Origin: Octopus bimaculoides
Lineage: Eukaryota
Direction: 5' to 3'
Assembly (NCBI RefSeq): GCF_001194135.2
Contig: NC_068988.1
Location: 18,466,126-18,530,125, forward strand
Length of the DNA stretch: 64,000 nucleotides
The notes beneath the pieces are model-generated. The model was not told where the DNA came from. It made no database searches and was given only the letters and a program-made list of their open reading frames with translations. Shown here piece after piece: positions 1 to 13,599 of this stretch (positions are counted from its first letter, which is position 1; each line of letters starts with the position of its first letter). The translations under genes and the position numbers were made by a program.

Positions 1-48
<48 letters not shown>

Positions 49-564
49 GGGGGATGTAGATATATATATTTGATAACTGTAGAGGAGCTTTAAAATGCAC
101 ATTATGAGGTTATTACTCAGGTGATATTAAATATATACATATATATGTATGTATGTGCATGTGAAATTTTCTTATATGCACTTTGATTCTGAATCATCTT
201 TTATCAAGTCTCAATTTTCTAACAATTCACCTAATCACTCCACGCCTTGTTTGATTAAACTTTATCATTTGTACCTCCCATTACCATTTTCACAACACAT
301 TTATACCTAGCATATATATATTGCCTATTTGAACTATATATACGACTGTGTGTATAGTTGTCACTATGCTTTCTCAAATCACTTGCACATAAATTTTCAT
401 AAATTAAAACTAGGCACCTAAAAGAGCACATCCAACCGTTTTGATCCTCAGTTGCACGCGAGATAAATATAAATTTAATACACAACCAAAAGAGCTACTA
501 ACAGTTTCATGCTTTTATGGCACTTTGACATATTTATTAAATACAATTGAATGATTGCTTGGAG

Positions 565-1022
565 ATCATCATCATCATCATCATCGTTTAACATCTGTTT
601 TCCAAGCTAGCATGGGTTGGACAATTTGACTGAGGACTGGTGAACCAGATGGCTACATCAGGCTCCAATCTGATTTGGCAAAGTTTCTACAGCTGGATGC
701 CCTTCCTAATACCAACCACTCCGAGAGTGTAGTGGGTGCTTTTACATGCCACCGGCACGGAGGCCAGTCAGGTGGTACTGGCAACAGCCACGCTCAAAAT
801 GGTGTATTTTACGTGCCACCTGCACAGGAGCCAGTCCAGCAGCACTGGCAACGATCTCGCTCAAATGTCTTTACACCTGCCACCAGCACAAGTGCCAGGA
901 AGGTGACGCTGGGCACAGGTACTATCACGATTTCAGTTTTGCTTGCCCCAACAGGTCTTCGCAAGCCGAGTTTCGTATCCAATGAAGGAGACGATGTTGG
1001 CATGGGTGCCAGTCATCGAATT
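565..1022 (-). mobile_element. SINE-like family A with (ATG)n tail and internal tandem units
   Basis: (CAT)n-CGTTTAAC..TTTCCA.GCTAGCATGGGTTGGAC terminus, matching copies at 7.2, 41.8, 46.6 and 50.5 kb. Confidence 0.8.
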
Positions 1023-1106
1023 TAGTTGGCGTATTATAAATATGCCTACTTAAAGTATCATAAAAGCGTGAAACTATTAGTAACCCTTTCAATTGTGTAA
1101 TAAATT

Positions 1107-1137
<31 letters not shown>

Positions 1138-1669
1138 ATATATATTCATGGTGGGTGCTCATATCTTGGGACAATTGAAATAGAGCCCTGAATAAAGTAA
1201 AATGACTAATGACTAAGAAACATTGCTCAACATTATCTAGCATCTTTTTCAAGATTTTATTCCACTGCTTACACACTCACATTATATAATTTTATAGCAT
1301 CACATTGCTTGCACTGACATTATATAATCAGTCTTTCACTCAGCATTAAAGATTCTTTCTATTATTATATTAAATACTACAAAATGCATTTGGTGCAACC
1401 TGATTATTAGGTCACCTTTTCTATACTCATTTGCATACTGCTTTCTTGCACATGAATCAAGGCCATTACAAGAATACAGAGCTCCTTAACTCAACTTGGA
1501 GCATATCTGGGTTTTTTTTTGGTTTTTTTTTGCTATATTAATATTTCAGTAGTATGAGACTCCAATATACAAAGTCTTGGTTCTCTCTTTTCTGAAACCC
1601 TTTATTTCTACTTTTAGTTTTACAAACTAATTATAAAAGCCAGTACAAAGCTCAATGGTTAATATGCCT

Positions 1670-1746
<77 letters not shown>

Positions 1747-2197
1747 CGTATATGTTAGCATGCATACATGCATGTATGTGTATGTGTGTGTGAGGCCTTT
1801 AAGAAATGGGTTCAGCTGGTACATTGATCTGAAACCCAGAATACCAGGGGATGGGGCCCATGACTGTCTGCTAGGTACTCTGAAAGATTAAAAAGAAAAA
1901 AAAAACTTACAGTCCCACTGCCTTCAATTTTGTGAGGATCCATACCTCCCAGGGTTTGAAACAGTCTTGTACCACTTTGCCAAATTTCTTTCAGCCCCCT
2001 TACACATGTGCATATGCACACACACACACACACACACATACACACGCACATGCAGATATGTGTGTGTGTGAATGTGTATGCGTGTACACAAGGAGAGAGA
2101 GAGAAAGAGAGAAATTTTTGTTCGTGCATGTGTGATGTGTATACATACAGTGTGTATCTCTCTCTCTCTCCCTCTCTCTCTCCCTCTCTCTCTCTCA

Positions 2198-2266
<69 letters not shown>

Positions 2267-2727
2267 CACACATATATATAGTGTATGTAGTATGTGCGTG
2301 TAAGAGAGAAAGAGAAAAAGTATTGAAATATCAGAACGGAACAGCAAATTGTATATAGTGTTATAAACAATTCTATTTATAGAACTGAATTAACTCAGCT
2401 ACTGCAATTTTATTGTAATGTCCATTAGATGTTTACATATTCATTAGGCTTGCTTTAAGATTATCATGAATAGGTTTTAAATTGGAAGTAAGTTAACCAT
2501 CACCCTAACATTTATAAATATCTGTCTTTATATAAGGTTGATAATTCTATCAAAATGAAACTTTTATTTTATTGTTATTTTCTGAAAATAATATTCTTTT
2601 TATACCTGTTAATCTTTCATATTCAGTTTTTGAAGACTATGTTGTCTATTTTTAGCTTATTCATAACATTTCGTGTTTTTATTAGAAATGTATTTAATGG
2701 TTTGCTTTCGATTTGTTTTTATTGTAG

Positions 2728-3733
2728 ATAAAATCAAAGATAACTCCTCCTCTGATTCCTACTCAGAGCAGTCACCCTCAGTAAAGAGAGCTACACCAAC
2801 CATCATTTCAGATTCTCCTGCTACTTTGAAAAAAAAATCGATACTGAAAAAAGATGCTTTAAATAGAGAAGAGACTGAAACTCTTCTTGAAAATTTCGCC
2901 GGGGATCAAAAAACTCTATGTTCCCAGACGTGTCGTCCCAAAAATATCATGGACTCTGTGACTATTGTCAACAACTATCAAACCTTCAATAATCACAGTA
3001 ATAACGAACTTTATAACAACCAACATCAGTTCCACCACCACCACCACCACCATCACCAAAACCAAAACCATCAACTGCAACAGCAACAATTGGAAACTGC
3101 CAACCCAACCATCCTATCAGCCATGGTAACGTCTCCACCGATTAAAGTAATCTGTCCGAGCATCGACTTGGACGAGGAGTCTGGTGCCATGGCTATTTCT
3201 TCCACCCCTACCCCTTCACCTACCGGCCCAACAGATGAATTGGATTCTCCAGACAGTGACACCCAGAGCAACACTTCTGAAGAACGGGAAGGAGAAGAAC
3301 TGGAATTCAGTGACAGTGCAGCTAGCCTAGAGAAACTTAAGTGCTGGAAAGACTTGGACAATAAAGAGCAACAGTTGCTTTGGCAACAGGACACAAGCCC
3401 CTCGGACAATATGGATAATGATGAAAGCTATCAAGGTACAAATTCTGTTGACCAATCAGCCTCAGATATTAGTCTCATTGAACAGCCAACGTCAAGGTCA
3501 TCCCCATCCAATGAAGGTGATAACCATATGGACATTGATAAATATGGTGACAAATGTGCGGACTATATGACCGAAAAGATGACTTCTTTGACGTTAGCTC
3601 AAAATGGAGACTATCCTCTCGACAATTTAATTAATGATATTGAAAAAAATTCTGATGATCCAAAAGACAATGTAGTATCAGCTGACGCCAGTGGCTAATA
3701 TGTCATTAGCGGAAGCTAAATGGAAATTAAATG
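2728..3733 (+). CDS. Large coding exon of an unidentified gene; acidic Ser/Asp/Glu/Asn-rich low-complexity region with a His/Gln tract; in-frame stop at 3696-3698, strong donor after 3733
   Basis: 341-codon ORF (2673-3698) in non-repetitive, GC-richer sequence. Pyrimidine-rich acceptor ttttattgtag|AT at 2727/2728 (phase 1) and ATG|GTAAGT donor at 3733/3734. No domain recognised. Confidence 0.75.
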
Positions 3734-3851
3734 GTAAGTCGAGATTTTTACAAATCATTTTAAAATACTTAACTGAAATTTTAATTCCATGCAAGGTTTC
3801 TTTAATATTTATAAATTAAGTCACCCTACATTTTCTAATTGTATAATTGTA

Positions 3852-3891
<40 letters not shown>

Positions 3892-5224
3892 ATCTGTTTC
3901 ATTCCTAATGGTTATGTATCCACCCTAAATATCAGACATAACTATACAGCAATTTGACTATTGATGCAATAGAGTAGAGAAATGACTATCAGTTTATATT
4001 TAACTTGAACCATTGTTCATCTAATAATATGTAAGACCACCTGTAAATGTGTATTCTACTCATGGTTGGTCAGTTAGCCTTCTTAACATTCTCAACATTA
4101 AGCATCTTATCCATTTATTTTACTTTCCAGAAAGGTATCTGTTTTCATAAATAGACTCCTCATCAAATACCTGCTAATTCTTATGTACATAGATATTATA
4201 TTTCTTCATGTCTCATCTATACTCAATCATAAATATTTCTGTTTACCAATTAAAAAAAGAAAATTTGAAATTATCATCACATTCTAAGATTTATTTCTTA
4301 ACTATTTACCATGACTTACAAGAGTCTTTTCAGTTTTATACATCACACGTGATATCTTGAAATATCCTATCAGCTCAAAAAAACTTAATTTATCACTGAG
4401 ATTTACATTATACAAATAGTGAATTATAATTCCTACCAAACTCATAAGGTTTTCTAATTCCTTTCCCAAGTTGCTGCACCATGCAACAAATTCTAACTGT
4501 TCTTTCTATTGCTATTTTGTATTCTGGCAAGCAACCATTTTTAATCTCAATTATTATGCAAATCTATAATTACTATGTCAATCTTTAATATTATTACTAT
4601 TGGTAGTTTTATTTTTAATTGAGGTTGCAACTGAATAATGCTTAAATCAGTTTCTCGGACATAACCCATTTAAATACCAATGTATCTTGACACAGATTTT
4701 CTTTGCCGATCTGTGGAAAACAGAGTTTTCAGTTTCAATTGGTTACAATATAATCCTTAAGAGCTTATAGATAAATCCCCTTCTATGAGCAGATTTCATG
4801 AAAACACAGTTCTTTGCATAAATTTGGATCTTGTGACTACCTGAAAGCAGATTTTAATATGACTGCAGATAACTATATTTTTATCCTAAAATTGTTCATG
4901 TGAGTTGTTAAGCATATATCTAGACATTTCTTCAGATATTTAACAAACCTAAAAATAGCATGCATGAAACCAATAAGCAGAGATGTTATTTGAAATGCAA
5001 CCGTGATGTGTTTTTGGTTTCTCAATTCACTATGCAACTGAAACTCGCAGTAAAAATATGCTGCAATTCTTAAAATAAGCAAAGAATTCCATGGTATATA
5101 ACTGGTTCTCTGCTAACTGAACTTTCATCTTCATCTAAAAACTGTGTTGTTTATAAAAATGATTGCATTTGTTTTCCATTTAAAAATTTACAAAATTCTG
5201 AATACACTCTGCATTTACTTTGTA

Positions 5225-5640
5225 CAAGCATCCTACCTCTTGTACTGGCACCATGATAAAAAGTCATACATTACCCACTCACTCTAGAATGATTGGTGAG
5301 TGAAACAATCTTTCTAGTGCTGGTGCCATGAAAAAAATGAACTCACTACACTTTGGGAAGTAGTAGTAAACAAGCAGAGAAAGCATAGAGTTGCTTTTAG
5401 TCTTATCTTGCCAAGGACTATTCAACCTTTCCAGTATTGATGCCATGAGAAAATGCATCCTGTACACTCTGTAAAGTCATTGGTGATTGGAAAGGTATGT
5501 AGTCATAGAGACCAAACCAAATGACATATATGAGCAGCTACTAATAAGAGATGTCTCAGATCATGATGACCCATCTAACACATACCAGAATGGGAAGCAG
5601 ACATAGAAATTATGTTAATGACAACACTGATGTTGATGGT
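5225..5640 (+). mobile_element. Old degenerate family A copy
   Basis: Repeated TGGTGCCATG-AAAA / GTACACTCTGTAAAGT motifs resembling family A. Confidence 0.45.
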
Positions 5641-7204
5641 GAAAACTCATTAATCTACGCTCATTTATTAGATAAAGTTGTTGTTTTTTTTTTAATTTAT
5701 TGATTCTTTTACACTTTATTTCTAAAATGAAAAATAGTTTCTCATTAACATTTAAAATCAAATAAATACAAGTTTTGAAATGAAAATATTTTCCCTTCGT
5801 CTGTGTTTTAAGATGAGTTTAATTCTAGATTAGGTTGGACTATTGACCATAATTTTTTCCTGCTTCTATCTACACTAGATTTCAGCTGGTCTATTCTTTC
5901 ATCAACTTCAGGTGTCATATTAATCCTTGTACTCAAAAGAAACATCCACACAAACCATTATTCAAAGCACATGGTTTCAATTTCTTATCTGCTCTACTAT
6001 ATGTATTTATATACTATTTCCAATCTTTGACAAAATTAATATTAATAACAGAATCAGAAGTTCTTTTTTAAATCCTTGCACTCACATGCTGCCTTAAATG
6101 ACTTGGAATAATTAAGATTGCTGAAATATCAAGTAACTTCTCATTTAACTGTAACAATACTCAGGGAACAGCTTAAATTGACTCAATGTCCATTCAATGG
6201 CACATCTTTTCCTAACCAAAGTATTGTGATGGACAGTCACAAAAACATTATCAGATATATGAACTAGGGTGCTATCTGAGAAACAAGTGCTTTATTAAAT
6301 GTACTACCATTATGTTACACAGAGTAATTCAAGAAAACTAAATGTATTTTTGCCAAATACATGATTAAAAGTATCTGAGGAAAGCCTATTGCACATTATT
6401 TCCAAGTCTTAATTCTTTAACAGGTATTCTAAATTTGGCTCACATATCCTTTCATTACAATGTCAAAACTGAAGGTTATTTCTGAATACATTAAGAAATA
6501 ATAAATATCAAAATAGTTTACAATTACTAACACTAATTCAGGATTATTTAAAAACCTTTAGATCTAAGAATATTAATAACTGCTAATTGAACATCATGAG
6601 TTGAAGTAGGAAACAGTTTAATTCATTTCTATCTGATGATGATGATGATGATGATGACAACTTCAGTCATCGTCATCGTCATCAGCCTCTGTGCATTTTT
6701 GGGAGAAGGTGGAGATTTGTCCCTTTTTTCCTCATTCCCCTCCTACCCACTTCCTTACTGTGCCATCATTAATTTGGCTCGTTATATGCGAAGACTATCG
6801 GGCCTATCTGAGAGAGAGTACTAAGTGTGACCACCACAGAAGAATACTGAGTCATCAGGTGGAGTCAATATCAATGCATCACTCCTGCCTTTGCTGCATA
6901 TCCTCAGGATAAGAACTTTGATACTGTTTTCCCATGATGCCATTTCAATGTGCACTGAATGAACACATCCCTTTTTGCACACATCCCTTTATTTTGCATA
7001 GGGACTGCGTCATGGATGCAATTCACAATCAAGCAGGCCATACAATAGATTAAAACAATGCAGCCTCTATCCAGGAAGTACACATAGCCAAGCCACCTCA
7101 GATGACACTCACTGAACAGTAGATATACTGGCTTAGATACTGTTCTGTTAAGTTCCTCGGAGTTGGTGACCTTTTCAACTTAATGTAATGTTTAAGTTTT
7201 TGCA

Positions 7205-7460
7205 AAGACCTTGTGTTGGCACCACATTAAAAGCACTGGTGCTGGTGCCACATAAAAAAGCACCCAGTACACTTTGTGGAGTGGTTGGCATTAGGAAGAG
7301 CATCCAGCTATAGAAACTGTGCCAGAACAGACAATGGAGCTTGGTGTAGCCTCTGACCATGTCAGCTCCAGTCAAAATGTCCAATCCATGCCAGCATGAA
7401 AAAACAGATGTTAAATGATATGAAGACGATGATGGCGATGATGATGATGATGATGATGAT
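7205..7460 (+). mobile_element. Family A SINE-like copy
   Basis: GGTGCCACATAAAAAAGCACCCAGTAC...GCATCCAGCTATAGAAAC...GATGTTAAA-(GAT)n. Confidence 0.75.
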
Positions 7461-7599
7461 CTCATGAAATACACATTTAACTCACTTTCTTGTCTGACAT
7501 GTCTCCACGTTTTTTTGTTTACAAGAGGACCTAAGCTTGATAAACCTTTATCTTGATATTCAGTGAAAGGTTTTTACTCTCTCCAGCTCTGTTAGTGAG

Positions 7600-7832
7600 T
7601 TCAACTCTTTTGATACCAAAGTACCTGAGACTTTCCCCCTGGTTCTACAATTCAAACTTGCTGTTTAATCAAATATGAATTAAAACCATCCATGAAAGTT
7701 TTGTGTGAATTTATATTCCAAACACCTGCTTAATTATAAACAAAGTTAATTTACTAAATTCTTTATTATTTTCAAAATCAGCTGAAACAAAAGTAGTGTA
7801 TTTCAACAGAAATAAGGTAATTAAAAGGTTAA
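7600..7832. mobile_element. MITE-like element with degenerate TTAA-CCTTT ends (piggyBac-type)
   Basis: Left end TTCAACTCTTTTGATACC and right end GGTAATTAAAAGGTTAA are approximate inverted repeats. Confidence 0.4.
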
Positions 7833-7962
7833 TTATCATTGTAGCTGTGTTATTGATTCACACATCAATCTATGCATTTAGAGATAAGTTGTGGAGTGCA
7901 ACTGACCCTAAATATTTTAAATCAACTGATCAGATAAGATTGCTAACTATTTTTTCTACTGT

Positions 7963-8071
<109 letters not shown>

Positions 8072-8289
8072 GTTACCTTTTCTACTGATGTCAAATATTT
8101 CAAAATTTTATTTTAGTATAGAGATACTATTTCAGTGTTAAATATAAGATCAGTAAAGTTGACACTGTACAGACAGCAGAAAGAAAGACAAGATGTTGTA
8201 CTGTATTGACTTAGCTATCTCAGACTTCTAAGTTGAAATCTTTTACCTGTTTCAGTTATAGGACTGAGGCCATGCTGGGGCATCACCTT

Positions 8290-8590
8290 GAAGAGTTTGG
8301 TTAGACAAATTGACCTCGGTACTTATTTCTTTTTTTTAATCAGATACTTTTGGATACTATTGGATTATTTCGATAAACTACTAAAGTTATGGAGATGTTA
8401 ACAAACCAGCATTAGTTGCCAAGTGACAGATAGAGGAGACAGACACTAACATGAACACACACACACACACACACATTATGGAATTCCATAGAGTTTCTGT
8501 CAACCAGACTCACTCACAAGGTATTGATCAGCCCAGTGCTATAGTAGAAGACTTGCCCAGGGGCAGCACTGTAGCTGTAAGAATGGAACT
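8290..8590 (-). mobile_element. Degenerate family B SINE
   Basis: Reverse-complement similarity to the 9.7 kb and 44.3 kb copies. Confidence 0.55.
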
Positions 8591-8834
8591 GAAAATACCC
8601 CTTAACAACTAAATCATGCCTGTACCTATATGAACTTTGTTCTGCTTTCATCCAGATAAAATAAGCTTTGGTATTCTAAATGAATGGTACCAATCAGTTA
8701 TTTCAACTCTTAGCAAAAGAGCTTTACCCACCATACTAATGAGCTCCGTATTTTAATATTATATTTGTGTCTATGGCAGTGAGCTTTTGGTCTTGCACTA
8801 AAATTTGAAATCGATATTATATTTGTATTTAAGG

Positions 8835-9025
8835 CAACAAGCTGGAAGAATCATTAGGATGCTGGGCAAAATGCTTAGCAGTATTTCACCCATCTTTACA
8901 ATCTGAGTTCAAATTCCACCAAAATCAATTTTGCATTTCATCTTTTTGGAAATGATAAAATAAGTACTAGTTGAACATTGGGGTCAATGTAATTGACTTA
9001 GCCACCTCTCCAGAACTTGTTGGTT
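8835..9025 (+). mobile_element. Family C SINE
   Basis: GCTGG.AGAATCATTAG...CTGAGTTCAAATTCC...TTTGC.TTTCATC...AAGTAC.AGTTGA core. Confidence 0.7.
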
Positions 9026-9396
9026 TCCCATCAGTTAGATCTCTTTCTTGGTTGTAAAGGATATACACTTAATGATTTGTTTGTGTATGTGCAGTGGGAG
9101 GGTAAACTTTTCTTAGCTGATGTTGCTGCAGGAGTGACTCAAAAACTAGGAGTTTATGCCAAAGCATTTATTTATTAAGTTCATTTGATAAATGCCTTGG
9201 TACAAAACTCTACCCACTGAAATCAATAACAGCAATTCAGGTTTATGAACTGAGGGCTCTTTTGTCTGCTTGTAAAACCCATATGCTGAACATAGTTTTG
9301 AAGTGAACTTCTTAACCACAATGCCATACTAGCAGCTAAGTGTGAATGTCTAAACAAATATATATATACACGCACACACACACACACATACATACT

Positions 9397-9410
9397 TATC
9401 TATCTATCTA

Positions 9411-9505
<95 letters not shown>

Positions 9506-9520
9506 AGCTAGATAGATAGA
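9397..9520. repeat. Self-complementary compound microsatellite (TATC)n(TC)n(TA)n(GA)n(TAGA)n
   Basis: Seen directly. Confidence 0.9.
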
Positions 9521-9539
9521 TATATATACATATATATAT

Positions 9540-9571
<32 letters not shown>

Positions 9572-9708
9572 AGAGACAGACAGACAGTTAAATTAAGAAA
9601 CAGCTATATATGCCAAACTAGGCATTGTAGCTCGACTCAGTCCTCTGGAACATCATGTCCTGTTGAACCATCTGATGCATCAGCATGGCTGTTAAATGCT
9701 ACATATAT

Positions 9709-9874
9709 ATAGGTGTGGTTTTATGGTAAGAAGCTTGCTTCCCAACCATATGGTTCCGGGTTCAGTCCCACTGTGTGGCACCTAGGCAAGTGTCTTCTAC
9801 TATAGCCTTGGGCAGATCAAAGCCTTGTGAATGGAATGGGTTTGGTAGATGGAAACTGAAAGAAGCTCATCCTG

Positions 9875-9934
<60 letters not shown>

Positions 9935-10164
9935 CATATATGTTTGTGTGTGTGTGTATGTGTGTGTTTGTGTTTGTCCCCCCACCATTGCTTAACAATC
10001 GATCCTGGTGTGTTTATGTCCCCGAAACTTAGCAGTTTGGCAAAAGAGACCAATAAAATAAGTACTAGGCTTACAAAGAATAAGTTCTAGGATCAATTTC
10101 TTTGACTAAAGGTGGTGCTCCAGCATGGCCACGGTCAAATGACTGAAATGTGTGAAAGGGTAAA
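9709..10164 (+). mobile_element. Family B tRNA-derived SINE with internal (TA/TG)n
   Basis: Head TGGTAAGAAGCTTGC...GGTTCCGGGTTCAGTCCC (pol III A/B-box-like), central microsatellite, tail GCTCCAGCATGGCC..GTCAAATGACTGAAA. Confidence 0.85.
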
Positions 10165-10407
10165 TGTTGAACAACGAGAGTGAGTGCTCAACACTGCATT
10201 GGTTGATGAAATTTCTTCATTTGTGTAAAAAGCTTTCCATTGGTTACATGTTAAGAAAATATCTTAATATCTTAACGATTTTTCAAACCAGTCAAATGGG
10301 GGAATGGTGTTCATCTCCATTTTATCATATATGGCACTCCAAAGTGCCTCTGTTAGAGGCCTGCAAAACTTTAAGTCACATGGAACCATATCAAAACGTT
10401 TTAAATA

Positions 10408-10443
<36 letters not shown>

Positions 10444-11116
10444 ATATAGCGCTCATTTTTAGCTCTCATTTCTAGCAATTGTAAGTGCTGCTTTGCACCC
10501 TCATTTATTAATTTTCCTTTTGGGTTTTAATTGCTATAGCCACCTATATTATAATGTATTTAATATAGATAAATATATAGTTGGTTCATTGAAGGTGTTG
10601 TGGTGTTATAATACACCTTGTTATGTTGAGGAATATATTGTTTTATATTGTTTCTCATTCAATGTGATTTTTCGTGGAAAGTTGGTAAAACAGAATACGT
10701 TATATGACTTACAGAACAAACATTATTTTCATTATTTTATAGTTATATCTTCAGTAGGAACACTGCTGGGATATTCTCTGTGATATGAAGAATGTTAATC
10801 ATTCTTAATGTGCTAATGATGGCATTATTATTATTATATGTGTTGTATGCAGTATTAGGATATATCTCCAGTGTTGCATGTAAATCAATTGATGATTCCA
10901 TTCATGGCAGTTTATTCTATAGTGTTTGGTGTGTGCTTGTATTTATTGTGTGGTATTGTCTGGAATGCTGTGGACAGATAAGATTGTGATATGTATATAC
11001 ACTCAGATTGCTTATCACTCAAGAGTGGAATGACATACAGTAATCAGAAGTTGTAAACAGTGATGAAGCTACTGCTTGGTAAGGTATTGCATAAGTGATA
11101 TAGATAAAGAATATAC

Positions 11117-11536
11117 AGGGCTGTGTGATAAGAAGTTTGCTTCCCAGCCAGATGGTTCTGAGTTCAGTCCCGTTGTGCAGCATCTTGGAAAAATGTCTTC
11201 TGCTATAGCCTCTGGTTGACTAAAGCGTTATAAGTGGGTTTGGTAGACAGAAACTGACAGAAGTTAGGTGGCAAGCTGGTAGAAACGTTAGCACGCCAGG
11301 CGAAATGCTTAGCGGTATTTCGTCTGCCATTACGTTCTGAGTTCAAATTCCGCTGAGGTCAACTTTGCCTTTCATCCTTTCGGGGTTGATAAATTAAGTA
11401 CCAGTTGTGCACTGGGGTCAATGGAATCGATTTAATTCCTTTGTCTGTCCTTGTTTGTCCCCATCTATGTTTAACCCCTTGTGGGCAATAAAAAAAATTA
11501 ATTAAAAGAAAAAAAGAAACTGACAGAAGCCCATCA

Positions 11537-11572
<36 letters not shown>

Positions 11573-11780
11573 TGTGTCTGCGTTTGTGCCCCACCACTGC
11601 TTGACAACTGGTTTTGATGTGTTTACATCCATTAACTTAGCAGCTCAATAAAATAGATTGATAGAATAAGTACCAGATTTGAAAAGAACATAAGTATAAA
11701 GGCAACTAGTTCAACTAATATTCCTCAAAGCGGTGTTCCAGCATGGCCACAGTTTAATGACACAAGTAAAAAACAAAAAA
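11117..11780 (+). mobile_element. Family B SINE interrupted by a family C SINE
   Basis: Head 11117-11263 and tail 11515-11780 match family B. Confidence 0.8.
11264..11514 (+). mobile_element. Family C SINE, full length, 15-bp TSD
   Basis: TSD AGAAACTGACAGAAG at 11249-11263 and 11515-11529; A-rich tail. Confidence 0.9.
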
Positions 11781-12714
11781 GAATATAAAGGATATAATCC
11801 AATGAGAATTCAGTTGAGTCAGCCATCATGATATTATAGCAGCATGTGGTAGATAAGTTTTATAAGTATTTAGAGTTGATTGCTTTACTAACAGATATCC
11901 TCTTTCTAAACTATATATAAATATTATTGTAATTCAATGATGCATAATCTCGCTGTGATTATATTATTATCATATGGTTACTATGGAAGTTGCAATGTTT
12001 TCAAATTTATTTTAAACTAATCATGAAAGGCACCATATTTTATTTCAGTTGGGCCATCAGTATTTAATGGTTGATACCAAATATCTAGCAGAGTCCTTGA
12101 AGTATTGGCTAGATTGCTGAGAGAAAGCCCTACTTCTCTGCATTTGGAGTTCAAATCCTACCACAGTCAATTTTGCCTTCATCATTTTGGTGTTAATGAA
12201 TTTTGTACAGAAGCTGATTTTTCTGTCTCCTTCTCTGTCTGTATGTCTCGCTTTCTGGGAAAAAAAAATCAGCTGTGATAGACTTTGAGTTGAATGGGCT
12301 CTGAAAGGTCTAAAAATGACCATGACATACTACATGTCATGCAATACCTCTTCAACTCCATCAAGTAGCTGAGGGCAAGACATTTAATGGTTGATATTAG
12401 CCAAATAACCTATTTGCTAACGAATTATAACAAGCTTCTTAATGGTTCTCGTCCTCAGTTAAAACATGCTTAGAATTCAAATGGAGTTAACATTTGAGGT
12501 TCCTTAATGAATTTAAAGTTCCATTTTCTTTTTTTCTTTGAGTTCTTGTTTGTTCTCTTTTTTCTCTTCTGCCCATTCCCTCACTCTTCTAAATGTCTAA
12601 TGTTATGTTGACCTAATTCCTCATCTATTTATAAATTATTGACTTGTTCTTTTTATAAGTGAAACATATACCAAGACCTATCCTTTAAACAATTAACAAG
12701 ATCAAGGTATGACA

Positions 12715-12830
12715 TTTGCCATATCTTTGACAAAATGTTTACCTGCTGATATAGAGTCTATCCAAATTCATTCTGATTTTGAATTTCATATCTAAATATT
12801 CAAACTTTTGGGATTACGTAAAACGAAGAG
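12715..12830 (+). mobile_element. Possible highly decayed L1/Tx1-type C-terminal zinc-knuckle relic
   Basis: Frameshifted translation KCFTC-xIESIQIH...NIQTFWDYV resembles the CxxC..ESIxHLFxxC...FW motif. Confidence 0.25.
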
Positions 12831-13054
12831 ATACAGATGAAACTGAACTCCTGAAAAATACTCTATCACCTCTCTCACTCTCCTAACTTTTGCAACCACC
12901 AAAAGTTGACCATTCTAATTTATGATATTTATTTGAAATACTTCTTAGTTTCAACTGCGTTAACAGTTCAAGATTCATAATAGCATACTTCTTTTACATT
13001 TAAATTCACTTTCCACAGGCATGCCTGACAAAGTATGTGTAGATAGAAGTAGAA

Positions 13055-13590
13055 CTTCCATTCTTTTTCGTCTTCAAATGGTCACAACAAAGAGGCATTT
13101 CACAATGTTGCACCAGGAATCTCTGTTCCTTATTAGATTTGTCAGATCCTCAATGTCATGTTGTTTATTTCTGCCAATAACATCATTGTAGCTGAGTGGT
13201 CTTCATTTTCTGTTTGGATGCAAGATGGCTTTAAAATATAACATCCAATATGGGTTGTTGTTCTTCAAGAAATTAGTGTCCTGCAAATCTTATCCTGTGT
13301 TAAGCAATATTAACAGGCATGAATGGAATATGTCTGTAAATTTCCTCTTCGACTTTGTGCTAATGTCATAAAATGTTTTGATCCCTAAAGAGAAGTCTAA
13401 TGTGTCTACCATCAAGACAATCTTAAACCTTCTTCATTGTCTATGTTTCAGCTGCATTGAGAATGAGGTTCTCTACATATGGACTGAAGAAAGCAAGCCT
13501 TGTTGACTTTGAAATACTTGATTGTTGGATGTCTTGAAGCTTGCTAGGCTTCGCTATCAAATAGTAGCAATCAAGATGTCAGCAGAACAT
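13055..13590 (-). mobile_element. RTE-clade LINE relic, 3' (non-inverted) segment
   Basis: Translates to ...RLAFFSPYVENLILNAAET*TMKKV*DCLDGRHIRLL...EEEIYRHIP...HRIRFAGH*F..., the post-RT region typical of RTE ORFs; many stops. Confidence 0.8.
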
Positions 13591-13599
13591 ATATCTCTC

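Noticed and set aside
741-900. CRISPR-like repeat-spacer appearance of family A arrays
   Set aside because: Eukaryotic context, units are homologous along their whole length, and no cas genes are present.
6690-7130. GC-richer unique segment
   Set aside because: No consistent frame, splice signals or recognisable family.
10480-11050. Possible decayed Penelope GIY-YIG coding relic on the minus strand
   Set aside because: No motif could be read convincingly.
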